NCBI GenBank assembly: GCA_045805065.1
Contig: JBJMMA010000012.1
Coordinates: 1 to 20,557 of the forward strand
Source: Bdellovibrionia bacterium
GTDB lineage: Bacteria > Bdellovibrionota > UBA1018
DNA length: 20,557 bases
Reading direction: 5' to 3'
The notes under the pieces are model-generated. The model saw only the letters and a list, made by a program, of their open reading frames with translations, did no database searches and was not told where the DNA came from. Within the stretch, counting starts at the first letter, position 1; each line of letters starts with the position of its first letter. Below, one piece after another: positions 1-8,400 of this stretch. The position numbers and the translations under genes are program-made.

Positions 1-2
1 AA

Positions 3-935
3 ATCCGCGCTATGGTCGGTCCTGATCAGCATGTGATCTGCGGACTCTCGGGCGGAGTGGACTCGGCTGTAGCTGCGACGCTGGTTCATCAGGCGATTGG
101 TGATCGCTTGCACTGCATTTTTGTGGATCACGGTCTTCTTCGCTATCAGGAGCAAGAGCGCGTGATGAAGATGTTTGCTGAGAAGCTTCACCTTCCTGTG
201 ACCTGCGTCGATGCTTCGGATCGATTCCTGACAAAGCTTGCAGGAGTCACGGATCCTGAGAAAAAACGTAAAATCATTGGCGCGGAGTTTATTGCCGTAT
301 TTGATGAAGCGGCTACGAAAGTTTCCAATGAGATTGGCCATCAGCCAGCGTATTTGGTGCAGGGAACGCTATATCCCGATGTCATTGAATCCAGCCCAGG
401 CCATGGGCATTCGGTCACCATCAAATCGCATCATAATGTGGGTGGGCTTCCAAAGGACATGAAGTTCAAGCTCATTGAGCCACTTCGTGATCTTTTCAAA
501 GATGAAGTGCGTGAACTCGGTCGTCGACTTGGGATTTCAGAGGATTTCATTGGTCGTCATCCATTCCCAGGGCCCGGTCTTGCGGTTCGTGTGATGGGCG
601 AGATTACGCGTGAAAACCTGGATCTATTGAAACGCGTTGACGAAGTTTTCATTCAATCCATTCGCGAAGCAGGTCTTTATAACAAGATCTGGCAAGCGTT
701 TGCCGTTTTCCTTCCGGTTCGAAGCGTGGGTGTCCAAGGCGATGGTCGCACTCATGATTATGTCGTGGCTCTTCGTGCCGTGACATCCTCGGATGGAATG
801 ACTGCGGATTGGTATCCGTTTGAGCCTCAGTTTTTGGGCTATGTCTCCAATCGCATCTGCAATCAGGTGAGGGGCGTAAATCGCGTTGTCTATGACGTGA
901 CGTCTAAACCGCCTGCGACGATTGAGTGGGAATAG
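3..935 (+). CDS. guaA: GMP synthase (glutamine-hydrolysing), C-terminal ATP-PPase and dimerisation domains; 5'-truncated by window edge
   Basis: SGGVDS PP-loop, [34 protein letters not shown] and terminal KPPATIEWE; frame is open from base 3 (IRAMVGP...) and the GATase domain lies upstream of the window. Confidence 0.98.
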   Translation: MRAMVGPDQHVICGLSGGVDSAVAATLVHQAIGDRLHCIFVDHGLLRYQEQERVMKMFAEKLHLPVTCVDASDRFLTKLAGVTDPEKKRKIIGAEFIAVFDEAATKVSNEIGHQPAYLVQGTLYPDVIESSPGHGHSVTIKSHHNVGGLPKDMKFKLIEPLRDLFKDEVRELGRRLGISEDFIGRHPFPGPGLAVRVMGEITRENLDLLKRVDEVFIQSIREAGLYNKIWQAFAVFLPVRSVGVQGDGRTHDYVVALRAVTSSDGMTADWYPFEPQFLGYVSNRICNQVRGVNRVVYDVTSKPPATIEWE

Positions 936-937
936 CT

Positions 938-1753
938 CTACTGAGATAACCGCTCTTTTTTTGCATAAGCGTTTGGAGTGGTTCCAATCACCTTTTTGAA
1001 GTCGCGTATAAAATGCGCCTGATCAAAGTATCCAAGGCTCAATGCGATTTCGGACACGGACTCCTCTGGGGATCCATTTGCCAGGAGCTCAGCTGCTTCT
1101 TGAAGGCGGTATCTTTGGATAATCCATTTGGGAGAGACCCCAACATATTTGTCGAATTTTCGCTGCAAGGGGCGCATGCTGATTCCCAGAAACGAGGCAA
1201 TTTGCTCGACTCGTGTGATGGATCGGTCTTTTTCGATGCGCTCGACAGCGTCTCGGATTTTCTCAAAGAGAGGGTCCCGCTTTGGGAGTCTTGCCGTCAG
1301 AAATTCTTCCATATGCTTCACACGCGCGTTTTCATCGGATTCTCTGAGAATCAACGTTCTGAGCGTGGCTCCTTCCGCGCCGAAGACCTCGCGAAGACTT
1401 GTCGTTCGATCTGTTAACGATGAAATGGAAAATCTGAAAAAAGGATAAAAACCGGCGGGTCTGAATTTCACGCCAAATACCCGTCCGCAACCTTTCAATG
1501 TCCTAGTGAACCTACCTGTCGTTACACCATAGAGTTCCGGACGCTGCTTTTCGATAGCGATGTGCACTGAAGGAAAGGGCAGGGTTTCGGACACATATGG
1601 CTTTTCTCCCATGAGATTCCAGGAGACCATCCAGTACTGCTCAATGAAGGGACTCAGCAAAGAGGATGGAGGAATACGGGTCAGATTGAATTTCTGCTCA
1701 CCCGTCTTGGGTCGAAGGATTCCGCGGGTGTTACCGTGTTTGGGCTGAGCCAT
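938..1753 (-). CDS. AraC-family transcriptional regulator (DUF6597-like N-domain plus HTH_18)
   Basis: C-terminal double HTH (SMRPLQRKF...VGVSPK...RLQEA...IALSLGYFDQAHFIRDFKKVIGTTP); N-terminal PS-x-L-x-PFIEQYW...GVKFRPAG pattern. Confidence 0.93.
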   Translation of the reverse strand: MAQPKHGNTRGILRPKTGEQKFNLTRIPPSSLLSPFIEQYWMVSWNLMGEKPYVSETLPFPSVHIAIEKQRPELYGVTTGRFTRTLKGCGRVFGVKFRPAGFYPFFRFSISSLTDRTTSLREVFGAEGATLRTLILRESDENARVKHMEEFLTARLPKRDPLFEKIRDAVERIEKDRSITRVEQIASFLGISMRPLQRKFDKYVGVSPKWIIQRYRLQEAAELLANGSPEESVSEIALSLGYFDQAHFIRDFKKVIGTTPNAYAKKERLSQ

Positions 1754-1778
1754 CAGTTTTCCTCTCGTTCGAATAAAA

Positions 1779-1796
1779 GCCGCGTTTTTACAATAT
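1779..1796 (+). promoter_or_regulatory. Candidate AraC-regulator site/-35 region upstream of SRPBCC gene
   Basis: GCCGCGTTTTTACAATAT containing TTTACA in the 90-bp divergent intergenic region. Confidence 0.35.
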
Positions 1797-1843
1797 CCGG
1801 AATTCTACGCAAGATATTCTAGTTTTAAAGATTGGAGTCATTT

Positions 1844-2248
1844 ATGCAAATATCCGTGACGATTTCAGCATCCGTCGACAAGATTTGGGAAGCGTTAACC
1901 CGCCCGGAGCTGATCGAAAAGTACCTGTTTGGTACGACCACTGAAACCGACTGGCAACCAGGCAGCCCAATTTACTTCCGAGGAGTTTGGGAAGGAAAAC
2001 CTTACGAGGACAAGGGCAAAGTTCTCGAGTTTCAAAAGCCCCGCCGGATATCTTACACCCATTGGAGCAGCTTTTCCGGAAAACCGGATCTCCCAGAAAA
2101 CTACGTCACTGTTACCTACGAACTACGGGCTGGTTCAGATGCTACTGAGGTGAGCGTCAGTCAGGATTGCCTTGAGCAAGAGCAGGAGCGTTGTGAAACG
2201 AATTGGAAATTCGTCCTGGAAAGTTTGAAAAAACTACTCGAATCATGA
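1844..2248 (+). CDS. SRPBCC/AHSA1-like ligand-binding domain protein
   Basis: I-x-ASVDKIWEALT-x-PE...TDWQPGS...KGKVLEFQKP...ISYTHW...W-x-x-VL-x-x-LKKLLE; GGAG at 1834-1837 favours ATG 1844 over TTG 1832. Confidence 0.9.
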   Translation: MQISVTISASVDKIWEALTRPELIEKYLFGTTTETDWQPGSPIYFRGVWEGKPYEDKGKVLEFQKPRRISYTHWSSFSGKPDLPENYVTVTYELRAGSDATEVSVSQDCLEQEQERCETNWKFVLESLKKLLES

Positions 2249-2276
2249 AATTCAGGCCGAGGGAATATCCGGGAAT

Positions 2277-2293
2277 ATTACCCCTCAGGTAAT
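2277..2293. promoter_or_regulatory. Palindromic operator ATTACC-N5-GGTAAT, likely for the XRE-MmyB regulator
   Basis: Perfect 6-bp inverted arms upstream of the hydrolase; a 13/17 copy lies at 3161-3177. Confidence 0.6.
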
Positions 2294-2348
2294 TGTTTTG
2301 CTTTGTCCCCAATGAGATCTTCACTGAAGAAACTTAATGGAGGATAAA

Positions 2349-3164
2349 ATGCACAGCTTAGAAAAAAAGGTTGCACGCCCATTTATTGAAATCGCGGATG
2401 GACACCAGCTTTTCGTTCGAGACTGGGGAGCGGGCACCCCGGTAGTCTTGTTGTCAGGCTGGGCGATGGATAGTCGCGGCTGGGCAGAGACAATGATTCG
2501 GATTACCCATGCGGGGTTTCGCGCGATCAGTATGGATCGCCGGGGTCATGGTCGCTCCACGGATCCTGGCGTGATCAGTTATGATCTTCTTGCGGATGAC
2601 CTGGCGACCGTAATTGATCGTCTTGGTCTCGACAAGATCATCCTTGTCGCGCACTCAGGCGCCGGCGGAGAAGCCATTCGCTATCTCAGCCGATATGGTT
2701 CTACGCGAGTTGCCAGGCTGGTACTGGTCGGGGCTACCGGACCGAAGATGGTTGCGCAGAGTCCCGGAGACCCAGGAATTCCAAAAGATTTGGTAGAGCT
2801 TTCGGTGAATCAAATCGCGCACGATCTTGAGAGCTGGCTTCAAGAAAACCTCGCTCCCTTTGCACCGGGGGCTGATCAAGCCACGCTCGATTGGCTGGGA
2901 ACGATGGCGCGAGACTCGTCACGGCGATTACTTGTTGATTTCCAGCGCGCCATTCTCGAGACGGATTTCGTCGTTGAGGCCAGGAAAATCGATGTGCCGG
3001 TGCGGCTCATTCACGGAACAGAAGACGTGAGTGCTCCTATCGACCTGACCGCGCGGCATTACGCCAAGATCATTCCGAACGCCGAGCTCTTGGTCTATGA
3101 GGATGCGGCTCACGGTCTGATGATCACGCATGCGGGTCGGCTTGCAGAGGATATTATCAGATGA
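2349..3164 (+). CDS. Alpha/beta hydrolase, non-heme haloperoxidase/arylesterase-like
   Basis: LFVRDWG-x-G-x-PVV, DRRGHGRS, AHSGAGG (Ser), HGTEDVSAP (Asp), DAAHGL (His); GGAGG at 2339-2343 favours ATG 2349. Confidence 0.9.
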   Translation: MHSLEKKVARPFIEIADGHQLFVRDWGAGTPVVLLSGWAMDSRGWAETMIRITHAGFRAISMDRRGHGRSTDPGVISYDLLADDLATVIDRLGLDKIILVAHSGAGGEAIRYLSRYGSTRVARLVLVGATGPKMVAQSPGDPGIPKDLVELSVNQIAHDLESWLQENLAPFAPGADQATLDWLGTMARDSSRRLLVDFQRAILETDFVVEARKIDVPVRLIHGTEDVSAPIDLTARHYAKIIPNAELLVYEDAAHGLMITHAGRLAEDIIR

Positions 3165-3177
3165 CTTGAGGGGTTAG
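3161..3177. promoter_or_regulatory. Second degenerate operator copy
   Basis: ATGACTTGAGGGGTTAG matches the reverse complement of 2277-2293 (ATTACCTGAGGGGTAAT) at 13/17 positions; lies upstream of the DUF1330 gene. Confidence 0.45.
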
Positions 3178-3227
3178 CATGATGATCGAGTGCTTAAATA
3201 ACTGAACTCAAAATCGGAGAACTAGAA

Positions 3228-3551
3228 ATGCCTGCTTACGCCGTCGCCCAGCTGAGAAATGTCACCATGAACGAAGGACTTCAAGTCTACGTTAAAAGCA
3301 TTGATGAAACGCTGCGCCCCTACTCGGGTCGCTTCATCATTCATGGCGCCGAAAAAGTGCAGCTTGAAGGCTATTCCGCTGGCGATCTGATCATAATCAC
3401 GTTTCCTGACATCGCAGACGCCCGAGCCTGGTATCACTCTCCGGCTTATCAGGCGCTCATCCCGCTCAGGCAGCAGGCCTGTGAAGGCGAGCTGTTTCTC
3501 ATGAACGGCGTCGATGAAAATCACCGGGCGATCGACATTTTTTCAGGTTAG
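3228..3551 (+). CDS. DUF1330 domain protein
   Basis: MPAYAVA...PYSGRFIIHG...LEG...IIITFPD...ARAWYHSPAYQALIPLR; GGAGA RBS. Confidence 0.9.
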   Translation: MPAYAVAQLRNVTMNEGLQVYVKSIDETLRPYSGRFIIHGAEKVQLEGYSAGDLIIITFPDIADARAWYHSPAYQALIPLRQQACEGELFLMNGVDENHRAIDIFSG

Positions 3552-3571
3552 TATTGGATTCTGGAGTCTTC

Positions 3572-4384
3572 ATGGCGATGCAAAAGCAAGATTTTGGTAC
3601 ACTGCTGCGCTCATGGCGCCAGCGCCGACGCTTCAGTCAACTTGACCTGGCAAATGAAGCTGAGATTTCGCAACGGCATCTCAGCTTTATGGAGTCGGGT
3701 CGGTCTCAGCCCAGTCGCGACATGGTGCTGCGACTCTGTGAGTATTTGAACGTCCCGCTTCGGGAGCGTAATGCCATTCTGCACGCTGCCGGTTTTGCGT
3801 CATTTTACACGGAACCTGATTTTTCAGCACCGGAGCTCGAATCAGCAAGAGGCATCATCGAGCGCATTCTCAAGGGAAATGACCCGAACCCCGCTCTTGC
3901 TGTGGACCGGAATTGGAATTTGATTTCAGCCAACCAGGGTGTTGGCGTCTTGTTAAAAGGCGTGGCGCAACACCTGCTCGTGGGCAACGTCAATGTGCTG
4001 CGGTTAAGTCTTCATCCTGAAGGCCTTGCTTCGCGCATTTTGAACTATACTGAATGGCGCAATCACATTCTTCACCGGCTGGCTCGTGATATCGAGACGT
4101 CAGCCGACGATCAACTAGCCCTGCTTCGAGACGAACTTGCTTCCTATCCGGACCCTTTGCAAAAGAATCCTTCGCAAAAGGCGTCACGACAACCAGACTC
4201 GGAATCCTTGAAAGGCATCGCAGTGCCTCTTCGAATCAGCAGCGAAGAGAGAACTCTTGAGTTCTTGAGTACGACCACGGTTTTTGGGACGGCTGTGAAT
4301 ATCACATTGGCCGGTATAGTCATTGAGAGCTTTTATCCGAGCAACCCTGAAACCGCCGCGGCAATGAGAAAGTTGATTTCCTAG
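3572..4384 (+). CDS. XRE-family HTH regulator with MmyB-like ligand-binding domain
   Basis: FGTLLRSWRQRRRFSQLDLA...ISQRHLSFMESGRSQPS HTH; PNPALAVDRNWN, NVLRLSLHP, FLSTTTVFGT, IESFYP MmyB-type motifs; GGAG at 3563-3566. Confidence 0.92.
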   Translation: MAMQKQDFGTLLRSWRQRRRFSQLDLANEAEISQRHLSFMESGRSQPSRDMVLRLCEYLNVPLRERNAILHAAGFASFYTEPDFSAPELESARGIIERILKGNDPNPALAVDRNWNLISANQGVGVLLKGVAQHLLVGNVNVLRLSLHPEGLASRILNYTEWRNHILHRLARDIETSADDQLALLRDELASYPDPLQKNPSQKASRQPDSESLKGIAVPLRISSEERTLEFLSTTTVFGTAVNITLAGIVIESFYPSNPETAAAMRKLIS

Positions 4385-4451
4385 GAAGATGCTGAGATTT
4401 GCAAAATTCCCATTTGCGCAGGGTCCGGATCTTGCTGAAAAGAGCAAAATC

Positions 4452-4676
4452 ATGGCCCACCAAAGCAATGTGATTCAGGTAGGAAAAAAGATTGAAGACG
4501 CGTCTGAGACTTCAGAAGCAAAAGACGTGATTGATCCGGTTTGCGGGATGAAGGTTGACCGCAAGAGTTGTCGGCATATGCTTTTCCGTCCTGAGGACAC
4601 CTATTACTTCTGTTCAAAGGATTGTCAGCAGAAATTCATGACTCGCGGATTCAAACCCGCACAAAAAGCAGCCTGA
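4452..4676 (+). CDS. Small YHS-domain protein
   Basis: DPVCGMKVD...YYFCSKDCQQKF; start uncertain (4389 or 4452). Confidence 0.85.
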   Translation: MAHQSNVIQVGKKIEDASETSEAKDVIDPVCGMKVDRKSCRHMLFRPEDTYYFCSKDCQQKFMTRGFKPAQKAA

Positions 4677-4723
4677 TCCTTCCATTTGAGCCCGAAAATT
4701 GAATACCTCGCGCAAGGCTTCCT

Positions 4724-5410
4724 ATGGAAAAATTTGACGCGCTGAAATGGACTTCTCGGATTGCTCAAGATCGCAGAACTCTTGCCGCATGGGCCCATGC
4801 ACTGGGCTGCGGTAAGGTGCAAGTTGCGCATGGAATGCTCAGGCTCTTAGGTGCATCCGGTATTGAGCGCTCGCTTCATCTGCCTGTGAGCTTTGAGAAT
4901 CATTTGGAGAGTGAGCTCCAGCATTCGGAATGGCTTCATGCTGCAGTTGCAGCCGAGCGGCAGGAGCTCTCGTGCGACCCCGAATATGACCTCATGGAGT
5001 CTCGGATGGCTCAGGCCATGGAATCCTACGTTCGCGTCCTTTTGGGCTACGCTGAGCGGCAGACGCTTTGCCAGGAAGCTCAATACTGTACGGCCACGAT
5101 AGCCTTAGGATCTCGAATTTTCAGACATTCTTCGGAACTCAGGAAGGAATGCGGGGACTTGGAGCTATCGAGGGTTCTTTCCAGAATTGTTGAGGAAGAA
5201 TCGCGACATGTCAGGACCGCTCAGGCTCTTTTACAAAGCCTTCCTCGTGAGACGCACGGCATCTATCGGAGTGTTCGGGCTTTTGAGGAAATGCTCTTTG
5301 GCAGGATGATTCGGAAACTGTCCCGAGGTTTAGAATTGTACGAACGCTCCGCGTTAAAGAGACCGGCTAATCAGTCATCAAATCAGCAGCCGCTTGCGCG
5401 CTGTGTATAG
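4724..5410 (+). CDS. Hypothetical helical protein, probable degenerate ferritin-like fold
   Basis: 228-aa ORF filling the gap before dnaE; two ExxH motifs (E64-L-Q-H67, E159-S-R-H162) 95 residues apart. Confidence 0.55.
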   Translation: MEKFDALKWTSRIAQDRRTLAAWAHALGCGKVQVAHGMLRLLGASGIERSLHLPVSFENHLESELQHSEWLHAAVAAERQELSCDPEYDLMESRMAQAMESYVRVLLGYAERQTLCQEAQYCTATIALGSRIFRHSSELRKECGDLELSRVLSRIVEEESRHVRTAQALLQSLPRETHGIYRSVRAFEEMLFGRMIRKLSRGLELYERSALKRPANQSSNQQPLARCV

Positions 5411-5445
5411 CATTTTTACACGCCGTGCGTTACTGATTCGGTTCG

Positions 5446-8400
5446 ATGTCGTTTGTCCATTTGCACGTTCATACTCAGTACAGCCTTCTTCAGGGCGCCA
5501 TCTGGACAGATGCGCTCGTCGACAAAGTCGTGCAGATGACTCAGAACGAGTCAGATCCTCGCGCAAAAGCGGTCGCCATTACCGACACGCATAATCTTTT
5601 CGGCGCAATCGACTTCTATAATACGGCGAAAAAAGCGGGCATCAGGCCGATCATAGGTTGCGAGATTTACTACGCGCCTCAAGGCCGCGCGGGAATGAAC
5701 GCACAGACGGGCCCAGCGTCTGCGCAAACGGGTCCGAAGGTTCATCAACTTGTTCTTCTTTGCAAAAACTTAAAGGGTTATCAAAACCTCTGTCAGATGG
5801 TCACGCGCTCGTTTCTTGATGCGCCTCCTCCGCAGAAGGGACAGAACTTTGGTCCGCGCGCTGTGATTGATCGCGCACTGCTCGATCAATGGGGCGATGA
5901 TCTGGTCGTTCTCTCCGGAGATCTTCGCGGAGAAATTTCTTACAAGCTCTTGATTGGAGAGCTGGAAGCCGCCACCGAGACACTTCAATGGTTTAAGAAG
6001 CGCTTTGGAGAAGATTTCTATCTCGAGCTTCTGGACTCAGGGCTTGCTGAGCAAGAAAACGTCAATGAGCAGTTGAGAGCTTTAGGTGAGAAGTTTGGCG
6101 TAGGCTTGGTAGCGACGGCCAATGCACATTATCTATCGCCTGATGATGCTGAGGCTCACGAAGTTCTTCAGTGCATTGAAGGCGGAAGAAATCTTGATTT
6201 TGACCGCCCAAAAAGCCTGGTGCCTGCTGAGTTTTATCTCAAGCCACCTGAGCTCATGCGCGAGCGCTTTGAGCGTTTTCCTGGGGCTTGTGAAAATACC
6301 CTGGTCATCGCGGACAAGTGTGACCTGAAATTTAAATTTAAAGACGATAAAGGCAGAACGATTTACCAGTTGCCGAACTTTCGTCCGGACAATGTCGCCA
6401 AGGGCGATCCATTTGACTTGATCGCATACTTTAAAGAGCAGACTCGCAAGGGCCTGGTTGAGCGATTTGCAGAGCCCATCTTTGCCGATAAGGTGAGCGC
6501 TCCGGATTGGGAAGAAAAGAAAAAAGAGTACGAAGAGCGGCTTGAGTCCGAACTCTCGATGATTGAGAAGACCGGATTTGCTGGTTACTTCCTCATCGTT
6601 TCGGACTTTATTATTTGGGCAAAGTCTCAAGGCATCCCTGTGGGTCCAGGTCGTGGATCGGGCGCGGGCTCGCTCGTTGCCTATAGCTTGAAGATTACGG
6701 ACATTGATCCGATTCAATTTAAGCTGCTCTTCGAGCGTTTCATCAATCCTGAGCGTATTTCGATGCCCGACTTTGACGTCGACTTCTGCCAGGATCGTCG
6801 TGGCGAAGTCATCGATTACGTGAGGCGCAAGTACGGTGCTGAAAACGTTTGCCAGATTATCACATTTGGCAAGCTTCAGGCCCGTGCTGTCATCAAGGAC
6901 GTGGGCCGTGTCCTTGGCCTCTCATTTGGCGATACCGATGCCATCAATAAGCTTTTGCCGGATGAGCTCGATATCACGATTCAGTCGGCACTGGATCGTG
7001 AACCGCGGCTCAAAGAAAAGATGGAGACCGACCAGCGCGTCGCTAAAATCATTGAGTACGCGCTCAAGCTTGAAGGTCTTTATCGAAACGCAGGCATCCA
7101 TGCCGCAGGCGTCATCATCACCGAAGAGCCGGTGGTCACGTATTGCCCGCTTTACGCAGGTAAAGACGGCGATATCACGACTCAGTTTGATAAGGACTTC
7201 TCTGAATCCGTAGGTCTCGTGAAGTTCGACTTCTTGGGCCTGAAAACGCTCACTGTGATCGACAACGCCGTGAAGCTGGTTCGTCAGGTCGCAGAGCCAG
7301 GATCAGTGGATGCGGAGTTCGCGCTTGAGCGGATCAATTATAACGATCCCAAGGTCTTTGCTCTGATTTCTTCAGGCGATACGGACGGGATCTTCCAGGT
7401 CGAAAGCTCGGGGATGAAGGATCTTTGCTCGCGCATTGTTCCTAACTCCCTGGAAGACATCACCGCTATCAACGCTCTCTATCGTCCGGGTCCGCTTGGA
7501 TCCGGGATGGTTGATGACTTCATTGATCGTAAGCATGGTCGAAAGCCCATTGTTTATGACGTCGACATGCTCGAGAGCATCTTAAAAGATACTTACGGCG
7601 TTATTCTCTACCAAGAGCAAGTCATGCAGATTGCGCGTGAGCTTGCAGGGTATTCGCTTGGACAAGCCGATCTTCTTCGCCGCGCGATGGGTAAGAAAAA
7701 GCCTGAGGAAATGGCTGCGCATCGCGACTTGTTCGTGAAAGGCGCGACGGCGAAAGGGCTTCTGGCGCAAAAAGCTGAAGGCATTTTTGACCTCATGGCC
7801 AAATTCGCTGAGTACGGATTCAATAAATCCCACTCGGCAGCCTACGGAGTTCTCACTTATCAGACGGCGTATCTGAAAACCTATTATCCAGCCGAGTTCA
7901 TGGCAGCGCTCATGACGACTGAAATGGATAATACGGATAAGCTCACCAAGTACATCAATGACGCCAAGGCGCACGCCATTCCGGTTCTTCCGCCGGATGT
8001 GAACCATTCGCACAAACGCTTCAGCGTGGATCGACTCGAGGGAGGCAAGAAAGCCATCCGTTTTGGTCTTGAAGCCATTAAAGGCGTAGGTGGAATTGCG
8101 GTCGATGCGATATTGGATGCGCGCGCCGTAAGCCCATTCCTGAACGTGCTGGATTTTTGTCGCCGCGTTTCGACTCGCAAGGTGAACAAGAAGGTTCTGG
8201 AATCGCTCACGCTTGCCGGTGCGTTTGATACGATTGCGGAAGTCAATCGTGCAAGCCTCTTTGCATCGCTTGAAGATCTGTTGAAGCATGCGGGTGAAGA
8301 GCAGGAAGAGCGCGAACTGGGGCAGTCCTCGCTCTTTGATTCCTTCACGGCAGAAGAAGTGAAGCTTGTGACGCCTGCAGCGACGATCTTCAAAAAAGAA

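Noticed and set aside
915..5445. Genomic island integrated at the guaA 3' end (a known hotspot)
   Set aside because: No integrase, and no repeat of the guaA 3' end (GAGTGGGAATAG) found by eye downstream
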